DNA of 64,000 bases from sequence record NC_061451.1. The stretch is one strand, 5' to 3'. Within the stretch, counting starts at the first letter, position 1; each line of letters starts with the position of its first letter. The translations under genes were made by a program, and so were the position numbers. A model generated the notes under the pieces. The model searched no databases. It saw only the letters and a program-made list of their open reading frames with translations, and had not been told where the DNA came from. Below, in pieces: positions 27,899-37,556 of the stretch.

Positions 27899-28124
27899 TG
27901 CAGAAAGCAAATACTACGGCGAAGCATACGAGGGAACGCACTTAAAAGCGATTGACCTCGGGTACCCAGTTACCCACGCCGAGTTTAAAAATTTCGAGAG
28001 TGCTAAGGAATGCGCAGATAAGTTACATGAGGTTTGCGATATGGGCTGGATTGTATACAACGCTTTTTCAGAAGTACCTGTATACGACAGCCGCACTATT
28101 GAAGGTGAGTCTGTAAATAACTAA
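27876..28124 (+). CDS. Hypothetical protein
   Basis: ATG 27876 after GGAGG. Confidence 0.7.
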   Translation: MARYHVFSAESKYYGEAYEGTHLKAIDLGYPVTHAEFKNFESAKECADKLHEVCDMGWIVYNAFSEVPVYDSRTIEGESVNN

Positions 28125-28195
28125 CAGACGACCTTGCATCTTCCGTGTGATGCTTACGGGCGTCACGCACATTCACTGTGATAATGAGGTTCAAA

Positions 28196-28711
28196 ATGAA
28201 ATACGCTTCAATCGTTCTTGCTACTCTGCTTGCCACTTCTTTCGCTGCGTCTGCCGCTAACTATAAAGCACCAGCGCCTGTTAAGGGTATGCAGTCTAGC
28301 GGTATGCACATCGATGATCAACTGGACGATAGCTGCCAGACCAAACTGTCTCAAGCCATCGACTTGCGCGACTCTGTTGTTGACTTCACTGTTAGTCGCA
28401 ATCAGATTGATACTGTGGCCGCTTGGCCGCTTGTGTGTTCCCCAACAGTCGAAGCAAAGACTGTTAGTGTTGAGCGTATGGGTTCTGACCTGACGATCAC
28501 TTACGTTAACAACGACGACACGCTGCACCCGCTGACTCTGACATTGCAGCGTGTTGAATCTGAATCCGAAGATGACGCACCAGCGTATCAGATCGTCCAA
28601 GTAGGCGACATGAACGCAATGGGTTATCAAGAGCAGGCTGACGTTAAAGATTGGCTGCTGGACTGTTACGCTGCTACGTTGCAGACTGGCATTCCACTGA
28701 GCATGAACTAA
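28196..28711 (+). CDS. Secreted/periplasmic protein with Sec signal peptide
   Basis: MKYASIVLATLLATSFAASA (A-x-A cleavage site); two Cys pairs. Confidence 0.75.
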   Translation: MKYASIVLATLLATSFAASAANYKAPAPVKGMQSSGMHIDDQLDDSCQTKLSQAIDLRDSVVDFTVSRNQIDTVAAWPLVCSPTVEAKTVSVERMGSDLTITYVNNDDTLHPLTLTLQRVESESEDDAPAYQIVQVGDMNAMGYQEQADVKDWLLDCYAATLQTGIPLSMN

Positions 28712-28989
28712 TGCAGCACCGTCGTAAAGTAAAGGCCGAGTCAAAGCAACGTTCAATACCCGAAGACTGGCCTGTATTCAAAGACATGTTGCTGACGTTG
28801 CGCATCGCTGTACTCACGGACGAGAAACCTCACGCTAAACTGCGTGCGCTTGCTCTCCAATGGTATACAGATGGGAAGTATCGTAACCCTGTCTGTGATT
28901 CTGTTCTGCTTAGGTTGACCGCTGAGAAACGACCTAAGCAAACTCTTGATCAATTGATCACTCTCTATAACTTTCTTGAGGAAGAATAA
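28711..28989 (+). CDS. Basic hypothetical protein
   Basis: TAATG coupling. Confidence 0.65.
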   Translation: MQHRRKVKAESKQRSIPEDWPVFKDMLLTLRIAVLTDEKPHAKLRALALQWYTDGKYRNPVCDSVLLRLTAEKRPKQTLDQLITLYNFLEEE

Positions 28990-28991
28990 AA

Positions 28992-30203
28992 ATGGCTATC
29001 ATTTCCGCAGAAGAACAAGCGCGTCTGGACTCACTTGCTGCTATCGTAGCTAAGATGTGGGCACAAGGCGGCCCTGCTGTGCGTGATGCTCTGCGCTACG
29101 TTGCTAACCAAATGCTGAGCGACGAGCATTCATTCCTGTACGAAGAAGTGCCTGGTGTAACGCCTGACATTGAATCTGTCTACCACCATCTGAGCGATTT
29201 GCCACTGACGGGTATGACCCGCATCGTGCGCAATCCTGACTTGATCAGCTCGCTTGAAGATCTGATGAACAAAAACGAGCGTGAGATCTTCGGCTCTGCC
29301 GTACGTAACAGCGCGTACACTATGTTCAAACTTTTACCGCAGAATGAAACCTCGGTGTTCTGCCATCCAGGTAAAGGTGCTACCTCTCGCACCCAGCCGC
29401 GTCAGGTCGCTGAAAGACTGCATCGCGGTTTAAGCTACATGTTGTCCGTGCGCGGTCTGGACGCGTATATCAAAAAGGCTGATAATCAGATTCGCTCTTA
29501 CGGGCATACTCGCCTAGCCTCTCTGGTAATCGCAGTCGCAGTCAAAGGCGAACGCAGTGTTGCTACTCGCATCGTACCTCTGTGGCGTATGGACGATCAC
29601 ACGGAAGAGGTAGGCACGATTGAACTTGATCAGGATATCCCGAACGATCAGCCCGCTTACTCAACTGCGGTAGAAACCGATAGTCAGGTTTGGCAGAAGT
29701 TCGATGCAGAACACCTTATCGCTATCCTGCTCAAGCATGAGAATCATAGCGCGTCTAAGTTACGTGGCATGGACCGCGAAGAATTAGACGATACCTATGA
29801 AGCCTTCGTTGATGACTATCTTGACGACAACCAAGATGAGGAAGAAGATGAAGGGTGGGACGAAGAAGAGGATGAAGACGAAGAAGATGCCTTCTGTCCT
29901 GAAATCCCTTCGCGCCTAGCTCTGCCTATTGAACTGCCTATTGTTAATCTCGAACGTCCGAAGTTGGACATTCGTCCAGGTATGCGTTTGAAGACCAAAA
30001 AGCCTAAACAGTCTCATATTCAGAATATTCTGATTGATCCAGTTTGGCACGCAGTTGACCTACAAGACGAGAACAATATTCATTATTTCAGTGTGTCTAT
30101 TGTTGCCCGTGATACTGTCGGTCATAAGGCTATTTCAGCTTCGCCGCTTGAAGCACTGACTATCTCCAACGTGCTGATGCAGATCGCTGAAACTAACACT
30201 TAA
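28992..30203 (+). CDS. Protein with HEH-like module and acidic linker
   Basis: FDAEHLIAILLKH...KLRGMDREELDDTY followed by poly-D/E. Confidence 0.75.
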   Translation: MAIISAEEQARLDSLAAIVAKMWAQGGPAVRDALRYVANQMLSDEHSFLYEEVPGVTPDIESVYHHLSDLPLTGMTRIVRNPDLISSLEDLMNKNEREIFGSAVRNSAYTMFKLLPQNETSVFCHPGKGATSRTQPRQVAERLHRGLSYMLSVRGLDAYIKKADNQIRSYGHTRLASLVIAVAVKGERSVATRIVPLWRMDDHTEEVGTIELDQDIPNDQPAYSTAVETDSQVWQKFDAEHLIAILLKHENHSASKLRGMDREELDDTYEAFVDDYLDDNQDEEEDEGWDEEEDEDEEDAFCPEIPSRLALPIELPIVNLERPKLDIRPGMRLKTKKPKQSHIQNILIDPVWHAVDLQDENNIHYFSVSIVARDTVGHKAISASPLEALTISNVLMQIAETNT

Positions 30204-30248
30204 CTGGACAAAACAGCGCTTCTTAACGAGGCGCTTTTCTGCTATAAT
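30197..30248 (+). promoter_or_regulatory. Bipartite phage promoter copy 6
   Basis: CACTTAACTGGACAAAAC; TGcTATAAT, -10 at 30243; 32-nt spacing. Confidence 0.8.
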
Positions 30249-30314
30249 AGCAGCTAGAGCATAAGCTCTCACGTTTGCATTTACTATACGTTAAATACGG
30301 GAACCTCACATATT

Positions 30315-30617
30315 ATGGCACGTAACATTTCACGCAAGAAAGCGCTCGACCTGATGGCAAAAACTTACAACGAAAAACATCCAGAGTATTTGCCGCGCCT
30401 CATGAAAGAGGACATGAATGCGAAAGACCTGTTCGAATTCCGTGAAGATGTTGTAGCTCAAATTCAGGCAGGTTTGAATCCTGCGAAAGTTGTTGATGAT
30501 ATGATCGACAACGCAATACGCGTCACCACGATGCGCCGCCGTATGAGCAATGATTATAATCCGAAAATCTCCGACGTTCTTACCGATGAACTGCGTGAGG
30601 AACTTCGTAAACTCTAA
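30315..30617 (+). CDS. Hypothetical protein
   Basis: 100 aa ORF. Confidence 0.7.
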   Translation: MARNISRKKALDLMAKTYNEKHPEYLPRLMKEDMNAKDLFEFREDVVAQIQAGLNPAKVVDDMIDNAIRVTTMRRRMSNDYNPKISDVLTDELREELRKL

Positions 30618-30626
30618 GGAATAAAA

Positions 30627-31187
30627 ATGAAAAACTACGGTTACTTCTTTATCCTGAATCACATCGCACTCGCCGTAGATAGCGCCAGCAAGGAAGCTGG
30701 CTTTAAAGATTTGGTTGAGCTGGACATGTTCAATCGCGCTTCTGTTTTAGTTGTAGCTGACGCCGAGCCAAGGGGACGTCAGATTGCAAACGATTTGACC
30801 GCTGCACTTTATCCACGAGCGGCTGATTGTGTGCCAACAGTTGAGCAACGCATGATGTTAGTGCAAGCTCTGCATGATGCCGAAATCGAAAAGATTCTTG
30901 GCAACATCCGCTTCTTCGTACCGCACGCTCACACGCGAGAAGATTTGATTTCGCGTTTCGGCTTTTACGTGGAGAACGATCAGCCTGCGCTGTTTATGCC
31001 GTACTACATGCGAAAGCATATTCTCAGTGATACCGCTGTGTTCTGCGAGGGGCGTCTGACTTCATTCAGAGACGCTTGCTCTAACGGAACTGTCACTGAG
31101 AACATCCGTGACTACGGCCTATTGACTGCGCAAGCGTACGGAAAAGACAACGTGCCTGAAATGTATCAGGACCTGCCTTTGTTTTAA
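30627..31187 (+). CDS. Hypothetical protein
   Basis: AAGG RBS. Confidence 0.75.
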   Translation: MKNYGYFFILNHIALAVDSASKEAGFKDLVELDMFNRASVLVVADAEPRGRQIANDLTAALYPRAADCVPTVEQRMMLVQALHDAEIEKILGNIRFFVPHAHTREDLISRFGFYVENDQPALFMPYYMRKHILSDTAVFCEGRLTSFRDACSNGTVTENIRDYGLLTAQAYGKDNVPEMYQDLPLF

Positions 31188-31198
31188 GGAGACACCTC

Positions 31199-31666
31199 AT
31201 GGGTGTAGTTAACGGTATCAGTTCAACTAAGTTCCCGCGTCGAGGGCGGGACGAAGGTCTGACAGTCATTCTTCGTCGTCGCTGGGGATTGTACCCAGCG
31301 GTTATTGTTCGTCAAGATCACGGCGAACCCAACAACACGATTCATCGCATCGAGGCTAAAGCGCTACCCAAGCGCTTCTTTGATGGCAGTCATGAACTCT
31401 ATGTTGCTGAGTATTATCAAACGAACTTCCCTAAAGACACTCCCATCTGCGCTGCTGGTGAAGTTGAAGGTCTGTTCGTTGAGATTGTATTCGACCATGA
31501 CGTTCGCAACAAGTGCGAAGGCATCTGTGTGACCGATCGCGGTATGCAGAAAATCTTTTTGATCACGACAGGTCAACACGAAGGTCGTTACGTCACTGAG
31601 GCCGAGTGTGATTACAAAGTCAAACCTAAACTTGTAAAGGATAATAGAGATGACAGTAACATCTGA
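31199..31666 (+). CDS. Hypothetical protein, apparent internal duplication of a small beta domain
   Basis: Two FP...(E)GL.V...G..V.D units; ends GRYVTEAECDY. Confidence 0.7.
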   Translation: MGVVNGISSTKFPRRGRDEGLTVILRRRWGLYPAVIVRQDHGEPNNTIHRIEAKALPKRFFDGSHELYVAEYYQTNFPKDTPICAAGEVEGLFVEIVFDHDVRNKCEGICVTDRGMQKIFLITTGQHEGRYVTEAECDYKVKPKLVKDNRDDSNI

Positions 31667-31955
31667 ACACTCAACAACATCTAGCTGCAAGCGTGCGACT
31701 ACAGGTCTGGGTCGTTTGACTAGCGGTGATCAGTTCTTCCTGTCGCTGGCCATCACTGGTTCTAAGACAGGCGAAGATGCAGGCTTCATTGATTCCGTTC
31801 GTGATCTGCACAAGCACATCGCTGCGTTTGCAGCAAAGCATGAGGTTACGCAAGTGACCGCGTTTCTTGGACATAACGTTATGTCCGACGCCGAGTACAC
31901 GTTAGAGTTCAACGTGTCTCAAGTATTCACACTCAAAAAAGAAAGGACGTATTAA
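31650..31955 (+). CDS. Hypothetical protein
   Basis: Coupled ORF. Confidence 0.6.
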   Translation: MTVTSEHSTTSSCKRATTGLGRLTSGDQFFLSLAITGSKTGEDAGFIDSVRDLHKHIAAFAAKHEVTQVTAFLGHNVMSDAEYTLEFNVSQVFTLKKERTY

Positions 31956-32500
31956 TGGAATTTCAAATTAAGCCAGACTTGCAGACCTACCCAAATTTCA
32001 TTCTGCCCAAGCGCGGCTCTGCTCAGGCGGCGGGCCTCGACCTGTTTGCGCAGGAAGATATGATCTTCACTGAAACCACTGAGCTGTTTAATCTGGGCTT
32101 CCGCGCCGCTGTGCCTGAAGGCTACGTTGCCTTAATCGTACCGCGCTCTGGCTTGGGTGCTAAGTTCAACATGCAACTGTCAAACACGATGGGCGTTATC
32201 GATAGCGACTATCGCGGTGATTGGATGGCAGCTTTCCATCTGGGCGGTAAAGGCACTCAAGCTGATACGCTGCCGCCATACGGTCAGTATCAGAAAGAGT
32301 TCTATCATCACGGCAGTGAGCTGTGGGAAAAAGCGAATCAAAACGAAGCGCCTATGCTCCTAGTTCCTAAAGGTGATGCGTTTGCACAGGTGCTGTTCTT
32401 TGAAGTACCGTTGATGCAAGTGACTCTGGTCGACGAGCTGCCTGAAACAGAGCGTGGTGAAGGTGGTTTCGGTTCTACCACTAAGTCGCAAAGTGCCTGA
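31955..32500 (+). CDS. dut: dUTPase (trimeric)
   Basis: All five motifs: AGLDL, PRSGL, GVIDSDYRG, AQVL, RGEGGFGST. Confidence 0.95.
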   Translation: MEFQIKPDLQTYPNFILPKRGSAQAAGLDLFAQEDMIFTETTELFNLGFRAAVPEGYVALIVPRSGLGAKFNMQLSNTMGVIDSDYRGDWMAAFHLGGKGTQADTLPPYGQYQKEFYHHGSELWEKANQNEAPMLLVPKGDAFAQVLFFEVPLMQVTLVDELPETERGEGGFGSTTKSQSA

Positions 32501-32708
32501 TTACCTTATCTTCATCTTGATCGCCTACTACATTGTAGGCTTCATGCAGTTTATGCGTGAAGTGTTCAGTTCTAAACTGAGTGAGAGCGAACGCTTGGCT
32601 GTCATTAAAGAAGATGAGGACACTCCAACGTCCGTAGTTTGGGCGCAGGCATTTAAGCTGATGTTATACGTTCTGTTCATTCACATACCAATGTGGATAT
32701 TCAGATAA
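32493..32708 (+). CDS. Small membrane protein
   Basis: YLIFILIAYYIVGFM and LMLYVLFIHIPMWIF. Confidence 0.55.
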   Translation: MPDYLIFILIAYYIVGFMQFMREVFSSKLSESERLAVIKEDEDTPTSVVWAQAFKLMLYVLFIHIPMWIFR

Positions 32709-32718
32709 CGTCAATCGT

Positions 32719-32742
32719 TAGGTCCTTGCGGGGACCTATTTT
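32719..32742 (+). terminator. Intrinsic terminator
   Basis: TAGGTCC-TTGCG-GGGACCTA-TTTT. Confidence 0.7.
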
Positions 32743-32759
32743 ATCGTAATATAAACACT

Positions 32760-33080
32760 ATGAGCAAAAAGAAACCGCAGTACATTCTGCCTCGTGAGCG
32801 TCCTACGCGCTTGCCAAATCTGCGTGCTTATCTGATGCATCTGGCACGCAACCCAAACAAACATCGTGCCGTCCTTGAGATGCATTGCAATGCAGCGCTG
32901 GCCCAGCTGCGTAAAGATCGTTTCTTTCTTGGCAGACTGTTTGCTCATAAGGTGTATACGAAGTCGAGCAAGGTCGCATACACAATAGTATGGATTGACC
33001 CGTACAACTACGATTGCCTTGTTCTAAATCATATAAAAAGGAGAGTAGAGTTTAAAAACCTTTACGGCCTGATTCTTTGA
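32760..33080 (+). CDS. Basic hypothetical protein
   Basis: 106 aa ORF. Confidence 0.6.
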   Translation: MSKKKPQYILPRERPTRLPNLRAYLMHLARNPNKHRAVLEMHCNAALAQLRKDRFFLGRLFAHKVYTKSSKVAYTIVWIDPYNYDCLVLNHIKRRVEFKNLYGLIL

Positions 33081-33113
33081 TTAGGTCCTAGCGCCTTCAC
33101 ACTAGGAGACACA

Positions 33114-33794
33114 ATGACTATTCTTATTTCTAACCGCACCGACGAGGTGATTCGCCAACTCAACGTAGCTATCTGGTCAAGCGTTCTATTCGGACTCATT
33201 GTACTTGCATCAATTCTGGTGCAGCCGAATGCAACAGCCAGCGTCTCTACGGGCCCTGATAACGTTATCGATATGTCCTCAACAACTTCACTCGATCCCT
33301 CCAATCGTGTGGCAAGAGAATACAAGGAGATTGCAAAGACGCTAGTTGTGCAAGACGAGCGAAGGCCCTCGCGTTCTGTTACGAGAGAGCGCCTCCGACA
33401 ATTGTACTCGCATCTACCGCACCCCAATGATTTAGGCAGGCAGATTGATTTGGCCGCTGCAAAGTATGCAGTGGACGCAAAGCTGATTCTTTCCATTTGC
33501 GTTTCCGAGTCGCATCTTCGTGCTAAAGTCAGAAACAAGTCTGGTGCAACAGGTATCTGCCAAGTAATGGCTAAGATGCATGGGCATTCAGCAAAAGACC
33601 TCCTCGATTATCGTATCAACATTGATGCGGCAACGAAGATAATTGCAGATCTTAATAAACAGTGTCGTGGTCGTACTGCTTGTGTTATTCAAGCGTACAA
33701 CACAGGCTGGGGAGCATATTCGAAGGGTGCCCGTGCACCGCAATACTTGGCTAAAGTTAGATCAGAGATGCGCAAGCACCCATCATCATCCTAA
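33114..33794 (+). CDS. Lytic transglycosylase (SLT/GH23) with N-terminal membrane anchor
   Basis: VSES catalytic Glu, GATGICQVM, NIDAA, AYNTG; TM VAIWSSVLFGLIVLASILV. Confidence 0.9.
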   Translation: MTILISNRTDEVIRQLNVAIWSSVLFGLIVLASILVQPNATASVSTGPDNVIDMSSTTSLDPSNRVAREYKEIAKTLVVQDERRPSRSVTRERLRQLYSHLPHPNDLGRQIDLAAAKYAVDAKLILSICVSESHLRAKVRNKSGATGICQVMAKMHGHSAKDLLDYRINIDAATKIIADLNKQCRGRTACVIQAYNTGWGAYSKGARAPQYLAKVRSEMRKHPSSS

Positions 33795-33807
33795 AGAGGA
33801 CATAATA

Positions 33808-34461
33808 ATGAGCACCGCCAACATCGCAGACTTGTACAAAATGCAGTTCCAGATTCTCAAACCACTTTCGCCTCGCCAAGAGTACGCACTGATTGTGCTA
33901 CATGCTTCCGCGACCGAAGATGACGTTCGTGGTCTGGCCGAAGTTGTTGTTCGTGATTACCCGCACGTTGCGCGTCTGTATGATGCGTTTGCTGCTGCGA
34001 CTGAGTACGGTGATAACTCTGTACCGTTCATCATTCCAGTATCAAACAGTGAGCACGTCACCGAAGAGATTTACGCTATCGTTGATCACTCACTCGTCGT
34101 TGCGCCAAGTCTGCGCCAACTTTTGGAGCAAGCCCTTGAGCGTGTTCAATACATGCCAGAGACTGCTGACGAAAGACGTTTCGTAATTGAACGCGAACCC
34201 CTGACTATGGGCTGGTTCATTGATTGTGTCCTTGACGCGTACAACTGTGGTCAACTGCCTATGGCTGTTCGTCCATCGAAAGCGCAACAAGAAATGCGTA
34301 ACGAAAACCTGCTGTCGTTCAATCAGCTCCGTGATGCTGATATGTTCAGCGGCGAGATCGACTACACGCAAGCCTTACAGCCAAGTATGCAAGCGCGTCA
34401 CATTGCAGCTAAGCTGATCGCACGTCTGCAAAACAGCAAGCGTGCCGTAACTGTTAACTAA
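33808..34461 (+). CDS. Hypothetical protein
   Basis: ATG 33808 after GAGG. Confidence 0.75.
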   Translation: MSTANIADLYKMQFQILKPLSPRQEYALIVLHASATEDDVRGLAEVVVRDYPHVARLYDAFAAATEYGDNSVPFIIPVSNSEHVTEEIYAIVDHSLVVAPSLRQLLEQALERVQYMPETADERRFVIEREPLTMGWFIDCVLDAYNCGQLPMAVRPSKAQQEMRNENLLSFNQLRDADMFSGEIDYTQALQPSMQARHIAAKLIARLQNSKRAVTVN

Positions 34462-34467
34462 CAACTC

Positions 34468-34495
34468 GGGAGACCTTAACTGGTTTCCCTTTTTA
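34468..34495 (+). terminator. Intrinsic terminator
   Basis: GGGAGACC-TTAACT-GGTTTCCC-TTTT. Confidence 0.65.
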
Positions 34496-34525
34496 CTTTC
34501 TCGCTGAATTTTTAAGGAAATTCCA

Positions 34526-35671
34526 ATGACTAATTCATCTCTGCCTTTCGTTTCTTGGTTCGAACGTGACAACTACTTTGATGACATGATTGAGCGTCTC
34601 GACCTCAAACGTCTCTGGGGCTATGTTGAAAAGAACAACGTGGTCAACAAGACTAAATACAATCTGCCTAACCTCACTGCCTACCACACCACCGAGCACA
34701 TGAAAGAAGTTGCGTGCATTGCGTCCTCTCTACTGCACCGCGAGTCGAACCACGACTGGCAGATTCGTCTGATGGAATATCCGTTAGTCGTCGCGTGCCT
34801 TTTCCACGATATGAATCACAGTCTGGGTAAATATACTGATGACGTGAACATCAACCATGCGCTCGTTGCGTTTAATGACTATCTTAATACCAAAGATGAG
34901 AATCAGGGCAACGACAAGCTGCTGTTTGAATATCGCGATCAGATCTGTGCACTGATTCGTTGCACCCAATTCCCGTTCCATGACTCACGCAAGCCAACTA
35001 ACCTGATGGAACGCTGCATTCGTGATGCGGACATTTTATACGGCCTGCAGGATGACGCAATGCCTGCTGTTGTGATTGGTCTACTGGATGAAGTGAACGT
35101 TCGTTTGGCTCCAGAAAGCAAATACTCCACCGCACAGTGGGTGGCAGGTCGCATTGAGTTCCTGTTGTCGTGCGAGATGTTCACCGAAACTGCTAACAAA
35201 ATCTTCTGCGATGCTCTTAGCACCAACAGCCCGAACTATCACGGTAATGTGCTGCAATCTTTCCTTGAGATGAAAGTGCGGCTGATCGATGTTCGTGCAG
35301 ATAAGCTACGTGGTGGTGATGTTATCTGGACAGACACAGAGAACGACTCAGCCTATCGTCCACGCCAAATCAGAAACATCGGCAACGAAGCGCTGCCAGA
35401 CGTTAACGTGTATTTCACTGACGGTCAGGCTTGCGGCTATCGTAGCGGGGAGACCGTTCAGTTGCTGCCTAACACTGAGATGGTGAAGCTCGAAGACATT
35501 GTAGTTGGCGACATTATTCTTGAGCCTGCACAGGGTGAAGTGAAGCGCGATCTGCATCGCATCGTAAACATCGCTAACGGTGGCCTGCATGAAAGCGTGC
35601 TCTATCTCGAAAATGGCGGTGTGTTTACGTCAGCGCCCAAAGGCCGTGTCTGTCGTGTAGTCAGCAAATAA
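34526..35671 (+). CDS. HD-domain phosphohydrolase with two C-terminal beta repeats
   Basis: YH...H, ACLFHD, IRDAD; C-terminal ADKLRGGDVI and LEDIVVGDII repeats. Confidence 0.8.
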   Translation: MTNSSLPFVSWFERDNYFDDMIERLDLKRLWGYVEKNNVVNKTKYNLPNLTAYHTTEHMKEVACIASSLLHRESNHDWQIRLMEYPLVVACLFHDMNHSLGKYTDDVNINHALVAFNDYLNTKDENQGNDKLLFEYRDQICALIRCTQFPFHDSRKPTNLMERCIRDADILYGLQDDAMPAVVIGLLDEVNVRLAPESKYSTAQWVAGRIEFLLSCEMFTETANKIFCDALSTNSPNYHGNVLQSFLEMKVRLIDVRADKLRGGDVIWTDTENDSAYRPRQIRNIGNEALPDVNVYFTDGQACGYRSGETVQLLPNTEMVKLEDIVVGDIILEPAQGEVKRDLHRIVNIANGGLHESVLYLENGGVFTSAPKGRVCRVVSK

Positions 35672-35716
35672 CTGGACGAAATAAGGCTACTCTGCTTAGG
35701 CTGCTTATGCTATAAT
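35664..35716 (+). promoter_or_regulatory. Bipartite phage promoter copy 7
   Basis: GCAAATAACTGGACGAAAT; TGcTATAAT, -10 at 35711; 32-nt spacing. Confidence 0.8.
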
Positions 35717-35758
35717 ATGCGTGAGCAGTCATTTATCATATTCTCAAGGGAGAAACGT

Positions 35759-36433
35759 ATGTACAGATCATTCAATCCAGATATGACAGGCAAGTTTTTC
35801 GTAATCGAACACAGCTTTAAAATTCAAAACATCTTTTGGATGGGCTTCAAAACGATTGATGGCAGAGAAATCATTTTGCCTATTCCTGCACGTGACGCAC
35901 AGAGTGGTTATCGTGTTGGCCGAGAAGCGGCCTTCCCTGTAATTCGCTCCAACATTAATACGAACGCTGACCCAGATTCAGACGTCTTGTTCGAACATAC
36001 GGTAGGCATCTTGCATATGCGAGCACGCCGTTTCGAAACTCAGATCATGACGCGCACTGCCGTCTCTTATACTGGCTTGCTGCCTGACGTCCGTATGGCA
36101 AAAGAGGGCGAGCGCTATGTTACGCCTCTTAATTCGTTTGAAGGTCCTCTTATTCCTGCACTGAGTCGTCGTCTTACTCATTTCTGCGAAGAAACGCCGA
36201 TGCTGCACAGTTCTTTCCTTGAGACGTTCTCTGACGAAGAGTGGTCGAAACTGAAAGCCGCACCTGTATCAATCAATGATTGGCATAGTGTTTCTAACTC
36301 TATTCGTGAGGGTAAGCTAAAGCCTACAGTTAATATCCCAGACTTCTATCTGTCTACCCGTAAAGAAGATACGACAATACCGTCAGACGTTATCGAATAT
36401 TACGCCGAAGCTAACGCACGAGGTGACATATAG
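35759..36433 (+). CDS. Hypothetical protein
   Basis: ATG 35759 after GGGAG. Confidence 0.7.
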   Translation: MYRSFNPDMTGKFFVIEHSFKIQNIFWMGFKTIDGREIILPIPARDAQSGYRVGREAAFPVIRSNINTNADPDSDVLFEHTVGILHMRARRFETQIMTRTAVSYTGLLPDVRMAKEGERYVTPLNSFEGPLIPALSRRLTHFCEETPMLHSSFLETFSDEEWSKLKAAPVSINDWHSVSNSIREGKLKPTVNIPDFYLSTRKEDTTIPSDVIEYYAEANARGDI

Positions 36434-36666
36434 TGAGCAACGTCATACATCAAACGTCCGAGACTGTCTTCTACGTTCTTGGTGCTGTAACCCTTCTTGC
36501 TCACCTTGTGGGCTTCGTTAAGAACTGGCTCAAGATTCATGAGATGCGCCAGAAGCGCCGCGATAGACTCGCAAAAGCTAAAACTCCGCACGAAAAGATG
36601 CAACGCCGTCTGGGTAAAGCTCGGCGCGATGCTCTGCTTTATAAACCTCGCAAAGTAAGGAATTGA
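36433..36666 (+). CDS. Small membrane-anchored basic protein
   Basis: TM VFYVLGAVTLLAHLVGFV then R/K-rich tail. Confidence 0.6.
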   Translation: MSNVIHQTSETVFYVLGAVTLLAHLVGFVKNWLKIHEMRQKRRDRLAKAKTPHEKMQRRLGKARRDALLYKPRKVRN

Positions 36667-36668
36667 TT

Positions 36669-36971
36669 ATGTCTTCTGATTTACGCCGCAAGCTCATGGC
36701 TGTGCTTGACAAGATGTTTGAGCACAAGTCTGAAAACAATCTCGCAGACGACACGGCCTACTCCGTACCTCGTTCTGAGTTCTCTATGATTGCACCTGAG
36801 AGTGCTGCTGAGAAATGCGCGGTCATTACAGAGATTCTGCGTGACGGCCACATCATCAATCTGTACGGTCCGTATGCCGTTACTGTTAGTCGTGATAGTG
36901 AAGGCCAACAGGTGTTTGTGTTCGTCCGCGTTCCAGACTATCAAGACATTGTTGCTGTGGAGAAACTGTGA
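36669..36971 (+). CDS. Hypothetical protein
   Basis: AAGG RBS. Confidence 0.7.
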   Translation: MSSDLRRKLMAVLDKMFEHKSENNLADDTAYSVPRSEFSMIAPESAAEKCAVITEILRDGHIINLYGPYAVTVSRDSEGQQVFVFVRVPDYQDIVAVEKL

Positions 36972-37519
36972 TGGAACAGATCGACATGTTCTACCAAGAT
37001 CAGCCTCAGCAAACAACAACGCGTGCTGAATACTATAACCCGCACATCTCAGAAGAAGATCGTCTTCGCCAGTGGCGTTATGTGCAAGCTGCATTCGGTG
37101 GCGGTCCTGCAGGTAGTCCTATTCGTGTTGAGAAGATGCCGAAAGACATTACCAACATTCATGAGTTCATCATTGTGCCTAACGAGAAACAGCGTAAGGA
37201 AATGAATGAACTCATGGGAGATCCCCAAGACCCGTCCGACCAGAAGTATCTGACGATGCTGTACACGTACACGACAAAAGTCGGTATGATGGTACGCTCG
37301 TTCCAAGAGCTGGCTGAACGTGGTGGCCCTATGGGTTGTCTCAACGTGTTCACTACAACGAACATCTATGAGTCTCGCCTGCTTGTGTTCTGGAATAAGA
37401 ACCCTCTCGAAGATCAAGAGGAGTACACACAGTGGCTTGACCACATTCGCGGAAACTTCAACAAGAAGTCCCGACGCTTCTATGAGATTTCCTCAGAGCG
37501 TGAACTTTACTCAGCATAA
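36968..37519 (+). CDS. Hypothetical protein
   Basis: GTGA coupling. Confidence 0.7.
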   Translation: MMEQIDMFYQDQPQQTTTRAEYYNPHISEEDRLRQWRYVQAAFGGGPAGSPIRVEKMPKDITNIHEFIIVPNEKQRKEMNELMGDPQDPSDQKYLTMLYTYTTKVGMMVRSFQELAERGGPMGCLNVFTTTNIYESRLLVFWNKNPLEDQEEYTQWLDHIRGNFNKKSRRFYEISSERELYSA

Positions 37520-37556
37520 TTCATTTTGGCCTTGCGGGGCCAATTAGGAGAACATC

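Noticed and set aside
30205-30248. TGGACA as a conventional sigma70 -35 hexamer
   Set aside because: It lies 31-33 nt from the -10 in all copies, not 16-18; treated as part of an upstream box instead
35270-35671. A..L..GD motifs suggesting an intein/Hint domain in the HD protein
   Set aside because: No N-terminal Cys/Ser block A or terminal His-Asn; two short tandem repeats fit SH3/KOW-like barrels better
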